DNA of 64,000 nt from Kofleriaceae bacterium (GCA_965215005.1 CBDCCZ010000003.1:64001-128000); one strand, 5' to 3'. Shown: positions 29,130 through 39,822, counted from the first letter of the stretch. Program-made: numbers and translations. The notes: generated by a model not told the origin, from the letters alone.

Positions 29130-30698
29130 CTAGAAGCGTGCCTGCAGCGTCGCGTTGAATCCGAGCTGGTTGAACTCGCCAAATTCGCGGCGCAAGAGCT
29201 CTTCGGGCCCTTCGCGCGTGAGTCGGGTTTGATTGGCGTCGCGAGTGTAATAAATCTCGAGGATTGCCGCGAAAAACTCTGCGAAGTCCAAACGTCCAGT
29301 TAGCTTGCTGGCGAACAGCGGCACCGCCTTCTCCCCTTCGGGCAAAATCACCAGATCGCCCTCGCTGCGAATCACCGCGGTCGATCGGCCCTTACCTTCC
29401 ACGGTGTCAAACGACAGCGCTCCAGTCGGAGTCTCGAGAGTCGCGGGCATCTCGACGCCAAGCACCACGCCGAGCGTAAACGTATCGGCCCAGTTCTGGT
29501 CGACGCCAGCCGCAGCAAACAAGTTAGGTCCTTGATCGTACTCGCGGGGAAAGTCGGTGTAAGTCGGCAGCGAAGGCGTCGAATGAAGGATGTACGCGAG
29601 GTCGCGGTATTGCAGATCCAATCGGAAGCGGGTGCGGTTCCACTTCAAGCGCGCGTTAACGTCGCCGGCGCTGGCCCACTGCACGGTCGTCGAGCCGGTG
29701 GCTTCTGGATCCTTGAGCGTCTGCCCGAGCACCGTCGCCTCAGCCGCGACTAGCCACGAAATGCCGCCCGGATACACCGGCGGCTGGAACAGGCGGTCCA
29801 CGCGGGTGGGATCGTTGCGATACAGCAAGTAATCGATGGAGCTGCCGATCGGCATGCCGTCGTGGAGCGCGACTTGGCCGCTCACGCCAAACAGCTGCAC
29901 ATCTTCATCGACTACATCTTGCAGCTCGTTGGAGCCGCGATTGAAGTAGCCGCCGTTGATGTCCAGATGCAGCAACTCGGTGACGTCGACACCGGCGCCA
30001 CCGAGAAATCCCAGTACCGCTTCTTGCTCGGAGGTTGCGCTATCGAGCTGCACCGCCGATTTGGCGCCGACGTAAGCATAGGCGCGGTCAACCTCATACT
30101 GCAGCTTGAATCCTGGAACCGCACTCCTGCTCCGGCGATACTCATCCGAGCCGCCCCACGACAACCGATAGCTGTAGCCGAGTCGCATGCGGTCCGAAGA
30201 AGTGGGAAAGGCGACGAAATCAACGCGCGCCGGGCTGCGACGCGACGGATCGAACCAGTAGGCGACGCGGATATAGGATCCTGCATCGGACAGATCAATG
30301 GTTCGCTCGGAGAGGTCGTTGATGCGCAACACCAGCGCACCTTCGACTTCGTAATTGTCAGCGTTGTAGCGGCGATACATCACCGCATGCGCAAGCGTTT
30401 CATAGCCGGAAAAGCGGGTGTCGTAGTTGTCGAAGAACAACACGCCCAGCGAGTTGGGCCGACCAAACCGCCAGCCGGGCACGCTGGGAATCGTCTCGCC
30501 CGGCTCTGCAAAGATGTTCTCGTTGACGAAGGTGAAGTTTAGGCGAACGTCCATGAACCCCGACTCGCCGGTGACCACCGGCTCCTCGGTGCCTTGCGGA
30601 GATTTGGCCGGATCGTCTGCGCCCATCGGTTCGGCGGGCTGTGCATGCGCCGCGGCAGACGCAAGAAGGACCATGGAGATGACAATGCAGCGCTTCAC
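29130..30698 (-). CDS. Putative outer-membrane beta-barrel protein
   Basis: Sec signal ending AHA; alternating amphipathic beta pattern; C-terminal FNATLQARF; start overlaps region just downstream of the lipoprotein gene. Confidence 0.65.
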   Translation of the reverse strand: MKRCIVISMVLLASAAAHAQPAEPMGADDPAKSPQGTEEPVVTGESGFMDVRLNFTFVNENIFAEPGETIPSVPGWRFGRPNSLGVLFFDNYDTRFSGYETLAHAVMYRRYNADNYEVEGALVLRINDLSERTIDLSDAGSYIRVAYWFDPSRRSPARVDFVAFPTSSDRMRLGYSYRLSWGGSDEYRRSRSAVPGFKLQYEVDRAYAYVGAKSAVQLDSATSEQEAVLGFLGGAGVDVTELLHLDINGGYFNRGSNELQDVVDEDVQLFGVSGQVALHDGMPIGSSIDYLLYRNDPTRVDRLFQPPVYPGGISWLVAAEATVLGQTLKDPEATGSTTVQWASAGDVNARLKWNRTRFRLDLQYRDLAYILHSTPSLPTYTDFPREYDQGPNLFAAAGVDQNWADTFTLGVVLGVEMPATLETPTGALSFDTVEGKGRSTAVIRSEGDLVILPEGEKAVPLFASKLTGRLDFAEFFAAILEIYYTRDANQTRLTREGPEELLRREFGEFNQLGFNATLQARF

Positions 30699-30711
30699 GA
30701 TGAGCTCCGAA

Positions 30712-31884
30712 TTAGGGCAGATCGAGGTCTTCGACAGCCCGCGGATAGACGATCCACACGTTGAACGAGCCGATATTGATCGGCCGCAAGGTGCCCACGA
30801 CGCGTGGAATCACAGCCCCTACGTAGTCTGAGGGCATAAACTCGGCGACTTGACCGGCGGTGATGATGTTGATCGAGTTGCGGTCGCAGCCGAATCCGAC
30901 GTCGAGCTTCCATTGTTTGAAAGTCTGCCAATCGTCGTCTAGTGGGCACACCGTGGCGTTCTCGATGGCAATCAGCGCTGCTTCATTGCGCTCCATCTCG
31001 ACCCGCGACATGAGCCACGCTGGATCAAGGATCACCGGCGCCGGCACCTGCGCCGGCGTGGGCTCGGGATCGGCCACGAACGACTGCGGAAAGTTCACCT
31101 CGGTGAGACCGTTGAACTCGCTCACCGCGCCGGTGAGGCGGGTGACCGTCTGCCCGACTTTCATGCGGCGAAACTGCTCGTCTTCGGGTCTGCTGAAGCT
31201 AAAGACGAAGATCGAGTCATAGTCGCCCGTGGTGCATGGCGGCGTGCCCGCGGCGTCGGCGCACTGCACGTCTGCTAGCGTGTAACCCTGCGGATAGATT
31301 CCCGTGACCACCAATCGACCGCGGGCGCCGTAGCGGGACGCGGTAACGTTGATTTGCTTGGCCTCGAGCGGCGAGCGCTCCAGCGCATCCAAAGCGGTCT
31401 CATCGGCAGGCTGCGAGACATCGGCGAGAAACGGATCCCGATACCACAGCGTATCCGAGGTGCCGGTGGCGAAGGTGGCGCCATCGCCGGCATCTTCGAC
31501 CCACAAGAACGTCGGACCAAACACGCGCGGCAGCTCGAGTGTGACCTCATCGGAAACGCCGGCCTCGATCTGCACCGAGCCCAGCGCCCGACCTTGATCG
31601 AGCGCCGGCGTGAGGCTGCCGAGGTAATGCGCGAAGATGTCGACCTCGCCGGAAAAACTGCTGTCGAGGTCGCCTTGCTCGTCGAGCGCCTCGACCTGCA
31701 ACGTCACGGCGCGTTGCTCGTCGAGGAGACGATCATCGCTCGTGCCGTAGCTCTGCGGCTCGAGCAACGTCACCCGCAGGGAGGTCGTCCCCTCGACGCC
31801 GGCCAGCTCTTCGTTGCACCCGAGCACGAGCACGGCAGCGACGAGCGCTGCGCTACTCGAAAACCGGCCGAATGCGTCCATCAT
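30712..31884 (-). CDS. Lipoprotein with YhcR/ExeM-type OB-fold-like motifs
   Basis: Lipobox VLGC; GQTVTRLTGAVSEFNGLTEV and ERNEAALIAIEN motifs; overlaps stop of the nucleotidase gene; start 31884 or 31881. Confidence 0.6.
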   Translation of the reverse strand: MMDAFGRFSSSAALVAAVLVLGCNEELAGVEGTTSLRVTLLEPQSYGTSDDRLLDEQRAVTLQVEALDEQGDLDSSFSGEVDIFAHYLGSLTPALDQGRALGSVQIEAGVSDEVTLELPRVFGPTFLWVEDAGDGATFATGTSDTLWYRDPFLADVSQPADETALDALERSPLEAKQINVTASRYGARGRLVVTGIYPQGYTLADVQCADAAGTPPCTTGDYDSIFVFSFSRPEDEQFRRMKVGQTVTRLTGAVSEFNGLTEVNFPQSFVADPEPTPAQVPAPVILDPAWLMSRVEMERNEAALIAIENATVCPLDDDWQTFKQWKLDVGFGCDRNSINIITAGQVAEFMPSDYVGAVIPRVVGTLRPINIGSFNVWIVYPRAVEDLDLP

Positions 31885-33700
31885 GAGCCTCGAATTTGTC
31901 GTCGATGCACGCAACTCGTCCCCAACGCTCGGCGACCGTCTGGCCTTCGGGCGAGGTGAAATCGACGATGCTGGCGTCGCAGGGCGTTTGCTGCCGCATG
32001 AAATCCACCAGTGCATCACGCAGTGAAACGCCAGTGTCTTGTTTGGAGGTGTTGCGCTTGAGCACTTCGAAGCCCGAGCCGCCACGCGAGATGTAATCAT
32101 TGACCGCTGCGCGATAGAGCCCCGTGGGAACCACTGGCGTGCAGCGCGCGGGGTCGATGGGGCCGTCGGGATCGCCGTTGCGACAGTCCTCGCCCAGATA
32201 GATGTTTTTGGCGCAGGCACTCGCCCCGCCTGGGCACTCGCCACTGCACACCATGTCGAACCAGATTCCCGCCATCTGCGCTTGCGTGCGACAACCGCGA
32301 ACCGCCGACCGGCGGGAAATGAAGTCGAGTGTTTCCTGAATCTCGAGTCCAGAGAGGTACATCACCGTGATGCTGTTCTCGAACGGAAACACGTTGAACA
32401 TCTGCTCGATGGTGAGCGGACCGCGCTCGAAGTCGGCCCGGATGCCAAGCGAGTTGGTCAACGCGAACTCGGCCTCGACCCCAGCGCGAACTTGCATGGC
32501 CCGAGCGACCATGTTGCCGAGCTGCGAGTCGCCGCCGCTGCTGTCGTTGCGGATCACCTTGCTGCCGTCTGGAGTGGCCGCGTAGGCAAACACGCCATCG
32601 AGGTCTATCGACTGATTGATCGCCAGCGAGTAAGGCTCGAGGAGCTCGCTGATATCGCGATCAGCGGGCACCGTGGAGTCGACTGGCAGCAGATCATACG
32701 AGAAGGCGGTCACTTTGCTGCGGCGCGCGGGATCCGCATTGTCCTCACCGATCCGCACCACCAGGTCGAGGCGACCGACGTACTTAGCAAACGCTCCTGA
32801 GTGGGCGATGACCGTCTGGTTGCCGTTCTGGTCGTTGGGAACCACCTTCGGCGGATTGAGGACGATATGCAGGTGGCCGCCGAGAATCACGTCGACGCCG
32901 GCGAGCGGCAGATTCTCGTTCTTGTCGCTCACCTGATGACCGCCGAGCCCTTCGTCCTCGTCGAGCCCCAGATGCGAAAGCAAGATCAAGACGTCGACCT
33001 GCGGCCGAAGCAGCCGCACGTATTGCTCGACCACCTGCGCATCCTCGAGCGGCCGAATCCCCAGCGAGTTGCCACCCTCGAAGATGCCGGTCATGGACGA
33101 CCAGTTGGCCATGCCGATCACGCCCACCGTCACCCCGTCGACATCGTAGATGGCGTAGGGAGCCGCGACATCGGGCAACCAGGTCGATTCGGGATTGGGC
33201 GCATCTTCGTAAAGATAGTTGGCGGCCAGCGTCGGAAATTGCGCCCAGTTATCGATTTGCTCGACCAGATTGGAGCTGCCCAGGTCGAACTCGTGGTTGC
33301 CGATGACCGCGCCATCGAGCCCCATCTCGCTGAGCGCGCGCATCTCCGCCTCGCCCTTGAACATGTTGAAGATGGGCGCACCCTGGAAACAATCGCCCGA
33401 GTCGAGCCACAGCGAGCGCCCGGCCGCGGCTCGCTCGCGCTTGATGATGGTGGCCATCCGAGCAACCCCACCGAAGGGGCCATTTTGCGGCAACAGACCG
33501 TTGTCGCGTTCGAACCGATTTGGCACGAAGTTGTATGGGAACAACCGCGAGTGGATATCGGAGGTGTGGATGAGGGTAAGCCGCACGTCTTGCCCGCGCA
33601 GGTTGGGCGGCTCGCGGCTCACCGTGCATCCGGTGACAAGCAGGCTGGCCGCGACGAGCGCGTAAACGAGTGCTGCGATGGCTACGCCCCGATGTCTCAC
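31853..33700 (-). CDS. Bifunctional metallophosphatase / 5'-nucleotidase lipoprotein (UshA-like)
   Basis: HTSDIHS, DSGDCFQG, IGNHEFD, LSHLG, GGHLH; C-domain NSLGIR, PFEN, NDYISRGGSGF; lipobox VTGC; GGAGGAAG RBS before GTG 33700. Confidence 0.92.
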   Translation of the reverse strand: MRHRGVAIAALVYALVAASLLVTGCTVSREPPNLRGQDVRLTLIHTSDIHSRLFPYNFVPNRFERDNGLLPQNGPFGGVARMATIIKRERAAAGRSLWLDSGDCFQGAPIFNMFKGEAEMRALSEMGLDGAVIGNHEFDLGSSNLVEQIDNWAQFPTLAANYLYEDAPNPESTWLPDVAAPYAIYDVDGVTVGVIGMANWSSMTGIFEGGNSLGIRPLEDAQVVEQYVRLLRPQVDVLILLSHLGLDEDEGLGGHQVSDKNENLPLAGVDVILGGHLHIVLNPPKVVPNDQNGNQTVIAHSGAFAKYVGRLDLVVRIGEDNADPARRSKVTAFSYDLLPVDSTVPADRDISELLEPYSLAINQSIDLDGVFAYAATPDGSKVIRNDSSGGDSQLGNMVARAMQVRAGVEAEFALTNSLGIRADFERGPLTIEQMFNVFPFENSITVMYLSGLEIQETLDFISRRSAVRGCRTQAQMAGIWFDMVCSGECPGGASACAKNIYLGEDCRNGDPDGPIDPARCTPVVPTGLYRAAVNDYISRGGSGFEVLKRNTSKQDTGVSLRDALVDFMRQQTPCDASIVDFTSPEGQTVAERWGRVACIDDKFEAHDGRIRPVFE

Positions 33701-33781
33701 GATACTTCCTCCGCGCACGGCGGCACGGTATACGCGCGCTGCCGGGCCCGACGCAAGCGTTTTATGATTTAGACTCGCCGC

Positions 33782-35194
33782 ATGCGACGCGCGAAGATCG
33801 TGTGCACCCTGGGTCCGGCTACCTCGACCGCCGAGCGCATCGGCGAGCTCATCGACGCCGGCATGGACATGGCTCGGCTGAACTTTAGCCACGGCACTCA
33901 CGAGAGCCACGAACAAACCCTGTATAGGGTGCGCAGTGAAGCCGAGAAGCGCGGCCGCGCGGTGGCGGTGCTACTCGATTTGCAAGGGCCGAAGATTCGC
34001 GTAGGTACGTTCGCAGACGGCAAGGTCAACCTCGAGCCGGGCGCCGAGTTCATCATCACCACCGAAGACGTCGTTGGCGATGCGCATCGGGTCTCTACCT
34101 CGTATCAAGGGCTGCCAGGTGACGTTCGTGTTGGCGATCAGTTACTCCTCGATGACGGCTACTTGTCATTGACGGTCACCGACGTGGTCGGCGCCGAGGT
34201 CAAGACGTTGGTGGTCTCCGGCGGCGTGCTCAAGAACAACAAGGGGATCAACCTTCCTCACGTCGAGGTATCGGCGCCCGCGCTCACCGAAAAAGACCGC
34301 GCCGACTTGGCATGGGGGCTGCGCCACGGGGTGGATTACCTCGCGCTGTCGTTCGTGCGCTCGGCGGCCGATGTTCGCGAGGCGCGGCTGCTCGCCACCG
34401 CCGATGAGCAGCGAATTCCCATCATCGCCAAGATCGAGAAGCCGCAGGCAGTGGAGTGCCTCGACGCCATCATCGAAGCGGCCGACGGAATCATGGTGGC
34501 CCGCGGCGATCTCGGCGTGGAGATGGGTCCCGAGAAGGTACCCATCATTCAAAAGGAGCTCATCGAAAAGACCAACCGCGCCGGCAAGGTGGTGATCACC
34601 GCGACGCAGATGCTCGAGTCGATGATCAATCAACCTCGACCGACTCGCGCCGAAGCCTCCGACGTCGCCAACGCCGTGCTCGACGGCACCGACGCTTTGA
34701 TGCTCTCAGGAGAGACCGCCGCCGGCAAGCACCCGATTGAGAGCGTGCGGACGATGAGCCGCATCATTCGGGAGGTCGAGAAGAGCCATCACTATCGCTC
34801 CAACATCGAGATCCCGTCGATGGAGCTGCCGGTGAGCGCCAACGCCATCGCGCACGGTGCCGTGATAGCCGCCTGGGAAATGAAGGTGAGCACCATCGTC
34901 GCAGTAACCGAGTCCGGTGGCGCTGCGCGGCTGATGAGCGAGTATCGCCCGGAAGCGGCGATCATCGCCTGCACCAGCAACGAGACCACGTTTCGCCGAC
35001 TGGCGCTGCACTGGGGCGTCACGCCGATCCTCATCTCGCCGTGCGCCACCATCGACGAGCTGCTCGAGCGCATCGAGCGAACGCTGGTGACACGAGGCGC
35101 CGTGCACACCGGAGAGCGGCTGGTCGTGACCATGGGCTTTCCGGTCGGCTCAGGCGAGACGACCAACATGCTCAAGATCCACAAAGTCGGTTGA
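33782..35194 (+). CDS. pyk: Pyruvate kinase
   Basis: [65 protein letters not shown]. Confidence 0.98.
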   Translation: MRRAKIVCTLGPATSTAERIGELIDAGMDMARLNFSHGTHESHEQTLYRVRSEAEKRGRAVAVLLDLQGPKIRVGTFADGKVNLEPGAEFIITTEDVVGDAHRVSTSYQGLPGDVRVGDQLLLDDGYLSLTVTDVVGAEVKTLVVSGGVLKNNKGINLPHVEVSAPALTEKDRADLAWGLRHGVDYLALSFVRSAADVREARLLATADEQRIPIIAKIEKPQAVECLDAIIEAADGIMVARGDLGVEMGPEKVPIIQKELIEKTNRAGKVVITATQMLESMINQPRPTRAEASDVANAVLDGTDALMLSGETAAGKHPIESVRTMSRIIREVEKSHHYRSNIEIPSMELPVSANAIAHGAVIAAWEMKVSTIVAVTESGGAARLMSEYRPEAAIIACTSNETTFRRLALHWGVTPILISPCATIDELLERIERTLVTRGAVHTGERLVVTMGFPVGSGETTNMLKIHKVG

Positions 35195-35276
35195 CGGGAC
35201 GCCGCAGCTCAGCGCCTTGAGTGGCGCGAGCACGACGCGGGCCAGCGTCTTCGGACGTCACGGGATGCCAGTCAAG

Positions 35277-36224
35277 CTACCGCGCTGCGAGATCGCCTGC
35301 TTCGGAGAGCTCGTTCGAAGAAGATGGCAGCCCCTTTAGCGCGTGCTCGCGAAAATGACGGCGGATGAAGAGGACAAAGGCGCGAACGGCCGGCGAAAGA
35401 TGGCGGCGGCTGGGATAGACGATCCAGATGCTGCCGGCGGAGGGACATGCGCGCGGCAGGACGGCGCGCATGGTACCGGCTGCCAACTCGCTAGCGCAGA
35501 TCATCTCAGGCATTAGAGCGATGCCCACATTGGCCAGAACCGCCTGCTTGATAGCGACCCAATTATTCGTCGCTAGGCGCGCAGTGATCGGGGTCTTGAC
35601 GAGGTTGCGACCGCGGCGCAGCGACCAGTTGGCGTCGATGGTGTCGAGACCGAATAGAAGGCAGTTGTGGTCGCGCAGGTCGGCAACCCCTGCTGGCGTG
35701 CCTCGCTGTTGCAGATAGGCCGGCGTCGCGACCATCGCGTAGCGGGTCTCGCAGAGGCGGTGGCCGCCTAGGGACGAGTCGGCGCGGACGCCGGCGCGGA
35801 TCGCGGCGTCGTAGCCTTCTCCGGCCAAATCAATATAGCGGTTGGTGAGGTCGAGCTCGAGGTGCACCTCCGGATGCGCAGCCAGAAAATGAGCCATCAT
35901 GGCGCCCGAGCCAGATAGCTCGACGGGGGCGGTTACCCGTACACGTCCCCTTGGCTCGGTTTGGCGCTCGGCGAGCTCCTGCTCGGCGGCATTCAACCCT
36001 TCCAAGAGGGCGGCGCCATGCTGATAGTACGTGCGACCCGCTTCCGTGAGGCTGAGCTTGCGAGTCGTGCGATGAAGGAGCCGAGCGCCGAGCGACTCCT
36101 CGAGCCGAGCGACGCGACGGCTTACGGCCGAAGTAGGCAGGCTGAGCCGACGCGCAGCGCCGCTGAAGCTGCCGGCATCAACGACGTGGGTGAACACGGC
36201 AACATCGTTGAGATCCCGCTTCAT
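35277..36224 (-). CDS. LysR-family transcriptional regulator (CrgA-like)
   Basis: GSFSGAARRL...SAVSRRV..LE..LG.RLL.RTTR; PRGRVRVTAP; divergent from DoxX gene. Confidence 0.92.
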   Translation of the reverse strand: MKRDLNDVAVFTHVVDAGSFSGAARRLSLPTSAVSRRVARLEESLGARLLHRTTRKLSLTEAGRTYYQHGAALLEGLNAAEQELAERQTEPRGRVRVTAPVELSGSGAMMAHFLAAHPEVHLELDLTNRYIDLAGEGYDAAIRAGVRADSSLGGHRLCETRYAMVATPAYLQQRGTPAGVADLRDHNCLLFGLDTIDANWSLRRGRNLVKTPITARLATNNWVAIKQAVLANVGIALMPEMICASELAAGTMRAVLPRACPSAGSIWIVYPSRRHLSPAVRAFVLFIRRHFREHALKGLPSSSNELSEAGDLAAR

Positions 36225-36329
36225 CGTTGCCACCATAGCAAAGGACTCTTCTCCTCCTGGGATCTACTGTCGCTGCGGCAACAGCGCTAGGTTTGGCTCA
36301 CTCATAGGTCACTCATAGGAGAGGACATC

Positions 36330-36782
36330 ATGGATAAGCTAACTCGCTATGCGCCCATTGTTGCCCGCGTGCTGCTAGGCCTCGTGTTCCTGGTCTTCGG
36401 CCTCAACGGCTTTCTAAACTTCATTCCGCAGCCGCCGATGGAGGGGCAAGCCGCCGCTTTTATGGGCGGGCTCGGCGCCAGCGGCTACTTCTTTCCGCTG
36501 CTCAAGGCCACGGAGGTCGTTGTTGGCGCGCTGCTGCTCGCCGGCGTATTCGTGCCTCTGGCCCTGCTCGTGCTGGCGCCAGTCACCCTCAACATCCTTG
36601 CGTTCCACGCATTCTTAGCTCCCGCGGGATTGCCAATGGCGGTCATCCTGATCGCTCTGCACCTGTATCTGGCGTACGCCTATCGAGGCTCGTTCCGCGG
36701 TGTCCTGAATTCTGCCGCCAAGCCCGCGAATGCTCGGCCCGCGGAGTCCAGAGCCGAGCGCGTCCCAGCTCCCGCACGCTGA
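36330..36782 (+). CDS. DoxX-family membrane protein
   Basis: ARVLLGLVFLVFGLNGFLNF, SGYFFPL, E...G.LLL, PVTLNILAFH; AGGAGAGG RBS. Confidence 0.88.
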   Translation: MDKLTRYAPIVARVLLGLVFLVFGLNGFLNFIPQPPMEGQAAAFMGGLGASGYFFPLLKATEVVVGALLLAGVFVPLALLVLAPVTLNILAFHAFLAPAGLPMAVILIALHLYLAYAYRGSFRGVLNSAAKPANARPAESRAERVPAPAR

Positions 36783-36829
36783 CAGGTGGCCGCCAGCTGC
36801 ATCGCAGGCGCGCGGCTGACGCTGGCCGC

Positions 36830-36895
36830 AAATACGTGGCCGGCGGCAGCCGCGACAGCGCTAAATACGTAGCCGGCGGCAGCCGCGACAGCGCT
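36830..36895. repeat. 33-bp tandem direct repeat (2 copies)
   Basis: AAATACGTRGCCGGCGGCAGCCGCGACAGCGCT x2, one mismatch. Confidence 0.85.
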
Positions 36896-36911
36896 AGTGA
36901 GCGGGGTCAGC

Positions 36912-37955
36912 TTAGGGCGCGGGCGCCTTCTTGATGATGACCTCGAATACGAACTTACCAGCCCAGGTGACCGTGAGCTTATAGTCATTGTTGGAGGCAG
37001 GGAGAGTCCATTTAGCGGTCGTAGTAACGCCAGCAGCAGATTTCACCCATTTCGACGCCGGGACGGTCACTGCTTTGCCCCCCGCTTTTTTAGCCTTCAG
37101 AGCCGTGGCGGGGTTGGGTAGCGTCTTTACGTCGCCATCGAATCCAGGATACCTGAGTCGGATGGTCACTTTGTCGCCAGGCCCAGGCCCTCCAGTGACT
37201 TCGATATCCGGTCGTCCTGGGTCCGTTGCGAGGTTCTTGTCATATAACCGACGCGCTGCTTTCTTGTCGCCAGCAGACAGCGCTGTGGCGGTGACCCGAT
37301 TTGCCTTACAGTAGTTCATGATGGAGGCCGCATCGAACGAGTCGATCACGAGCCCTCCCCCCGGTGCATACGGCTGATCCTTATCACACGGCTTAGGCAC
37401 ATCCGATCGATCTTGTTCGTGTCGAAGGCCAATAGCGTGGCCAAACTCGTGAATAGCAATCGCCTTGATGCACTTCTCGCGGTTGGCTTCGGACTTCAAG
37501 CACGGGTCGAGGAAACCGGCAATACCGGTCCCATTCCAAATAGCATCCTGTCCAGCCAGATCGAATGACAGCTGCATACTCGGAAAGTTCTTCTTGGAGC
37601 TATTTCCGAAGTACGAGAATGGACCATTCGCGTTATTTTCGATAGCAATCGAGATCCCGTTAGACCCACCGTTGCACTTCCCCCACCCTGTAAACTTGAG
37701 CTTTGGATTTGCGGCCGTCCAACTATTGGTGATCGCTTGCCTCACCCAAGCTTTCCCCTTGTCGTAACCATCCGTTACCCAACAAACCGGAATGTTCCCC
37801 GGATTGCCCCAAAGCACGCCGGGCTGAATAATGGCATCGGAATCCTCGACACCAGGCTCATCCTCGAGCATGTCGAGCTCACCAAGACAGCCGCCTATGA
37901 GCAGCGTCGATAGCATGAGCGCAAACAATCCACCAGAAGCTCGTTCTCGCAACAT
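36912..37955 (-). CDS. Astacin/M12-like zinc metalloprotease lipoprotein
   Basis: HEFGHAIGLRHEQDR, SIMNY Met-turn; lipobox IGGC; GAAAGGA RBS before ATG 37955. Confidence 0.85.
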   Translation of the reverse strand: MLRERASGGLFALMLSTLLIGGCLGELDMLEDEPGVEDSDAIIQPGVLWGNPGNIPVCWVTDGYDKGKAWVRQAITNSWTAANPKLKFTGWGKCNGGSNGISIAIENNANGPFSYFGNSSKKNFPSMQLSFDLAGQDAIWNGTGIAGFLDPCLKSEANREKCIKAIAIHEFGHAIGLRHEQDRSDVPKPCDKDQPYAPGGGLVIDSFDAASIMNYCKANRVTATALSAGDKKAARRLYDKNLATDPGRPDIEVTGGPGPGDKVTIRLRYPGFDGDVKTLPNPATALKAKKAGGKAVTVPASKWVKSAAGVTTTAKWTLPASNNDYKLTVTWAGKFVFEVIIKKAPAP

Positions 37956-38180
37956 CCTCAACGTCCTTTCGTGTGTGCAATCCCGGCTGATCTGGTGAGT
38001 ACCGTACTCGCTGCGCCCACGTTGACGCCTTAATTCGAGCTTAAGCCTATGATGCTGCCGCGACGAGTCGGCGCCATTCCACCACACAACACCGCGGCTT
38101 CAGCCGCCTACGCGCCCACGGCCGCTAGCGGCGATTGCGTCGAAGGGCTGCGAAACTTCTCCGGTTGACGCAGGTGGACG

Positions 38181-38795
38181 TCACGGAGCTCTCGTGACGA
38201 GCGCGATCCAAGCAGAATACGGAACTGCAGAGGTTGAGTGAAACTCCGCGGACCTGATCCACTCCACTGTCCAAGCTCCTTCAGCGAAGCAGGAGCGCAG
38301 CTCGGCTTCGCTGAGCTGGTGAGGACCTGGTCCGCGAACTCGGCGCGTATCGCTGAAGCAGTGGACTAGGAGCTTTCCGTCTGGCTTCAACGCTGCCGCG
38401 AGCGCGGCGACGTACGCGCGTGCCGCAGGCGGGTTGAACTGGTGCAAAAGGCCGCTGTCGAGTATCGCGTCGAAGGGTGCACCTGGTAGCACCTGGGCAC
38501 GCATCGCGTCGCCGACCACGAACTCCGCGCGCTCGCCAATGTGCGCCGCGCGCAGCCGCGCCGTGCGTATGGCTCGTTCGACGGCGTCAACTCCGGTGAC
38601 ATGGTAGCCACGCTCGGCGAGATAGATGGCGTTGTCACCAGTGCCACAACCGACATCGAGCACGCGGGCACCAGCCGGCAGCGCGCCCTCATCGATGACT
38701 TTGACGAGGTCGGGTTGAGGTTTTCCTATTGCCCACTCGGCGAAACCGAATCGATAGGATGCTTCGAAGAACAGATTCCGCAGAGTGCTTTTCAT
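38181..38795 (-). CDS. Class I SAM-dependent methyltransferase (TPMT/TehB-like)
   Basis: W.IG.PQP, VLDVGCGTGDNAIYLA, VTGVD, FDAILDSGLLH; start moved to ATG 38795. Confidence 0.88.
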   Translation of the reverse strand: MKSTLRNLFFEASYRFGFAEWAIGKPQPDLVKVIDEGALPAGARVLDVGCGTGDNAIYLAERGYHVTGVDAVERAIRTARLRAAHIGERAEFVVGDAMRAQVLPGAPFDAILDSGLLHQFNPPAARAYVAALAAALKPDGKLLVHCFSDTRRVRGPGPHQLSEAELRSCFAEGAWTVEWIRSAEFHSTSAVPYSAWIALVTRAP

Positions 38796-38847
38796 GCTCA
38801 CGAGCCTGCCCGCCAACGGCCTCTCGGACAATCCATGCATCAGCGGA

Positions 38848-39768
38848 CTATCTGTCCGTACGCAGCGGACGACTCTTCCGAGGCGCCTTCCGCTTCGGGA
38901 CCGGCGAATGCGTACCCGGTTCCACGGCTCCGGCAGTGACAGCGACGGTTTCCAAGAATCGCCGGGTCCGGGGTGCCAAGAAACGCCCCGCCGGATAAAT
39001 GGCGTGAATCTCTGACACTTTCGCCGCTTTGCCCTCAAATAATAAGACGAGTCGGCCCGCCCGAATGTCCTGGGCAACCAGCAGGCTTGGGAGACGTGCG
39101 ACTCCTATCCCTTGCCGTGCTGCTACGAGGGCGGCGCGCGCGGAGTTCACTCGGAGTACCGGCGGCACCGGTTGCTCGCGTGCTCCGCGTGAGGTCCAGT
39201 CGATCCAGCGCTCGAGTCGATCGGGCGCAGTAGGCGCACCGTGTCGAGCGAGATAGCTAGGATGCGCAACGAAGTACGTCCGCGCCGGCAGAACTTTGCG
39301 CGCGATGAAGGACGTGTCGGCGGGCCGCTCATACCAGAACGCGACGTCGAAGCCTTCCTCCACGACGTTGACCGGGCGGTCCGCGAGATGCAAATCGACG
39401 GAGATGCGTGGCCACTCGGCAGTGAAGCGAGCGATTGCTTCGACCAGCACGATCTCGCCGAAGGTGACCGTCGACGCGAGCCGCAATTGGCCGGTCGGCT
39501 CGACGAGCCCCGCCTGGAGCTCTCGATTCGCTTCCTCTGCCTGCTCCAGAATCGCGACACACCGCGCGAAGTAGCGCTCTCCAGCCTCAGTAGGTCGCAC
39601 GCGTCTCGTCGTCCGCTCGAGGAGGCGAACGCCCAGGCTCGTCTCCAGGCGAGTGACCTGGTCACTCAACCCTTGCTTGCTCACGCCGAGCTGCCGAGCG
39701 GCTGCGGTGAAGCCGCCGCTCCGCACCACGGCGGTGAAGGCCGCCATTGTGTCGAAGTTGGGTTTCAT
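38848..39768 (-). CDS. LysR-family transcriptional regulator
   Basis: GGFTAAARQLG, LE..LGVRLLERTTR, PTGQLRL, EEGFDVA. Confidence 0.9.
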   Translation of the reverse strand: MKPNFDTMAAFTAVVRSGGFTAAARQLGVSKQGLSDQVTRLETSLGVRLLERTTRRVRPTEAGERYFARCVAILEQAEEANRELQAGLVEPTGQLRLASTVTFGEIVLVEAIARFTAEWPRISVDLHLADRPVNVVEEGFDVAFWYERPADTSFIARKVLPARTYFVAHPSYLARHGAPTAPDRLERWIDWTSRGAREQPVPPVLRVNSARAALVAARQGIGVARLPSLLVAQDIRAGRLVLLFEGKAAKVSEIHAIYPAGRFLAPRTRRFLETVAVTAGAVEPGTHSPVPKRKAPRKSRPLRTDR

Positions 39769-39822
39769 CGCGGCGCCGGGCGCGGGCTACGCAACTATCG
39801 CCCGGTGAGTGCCATTGGCAGC

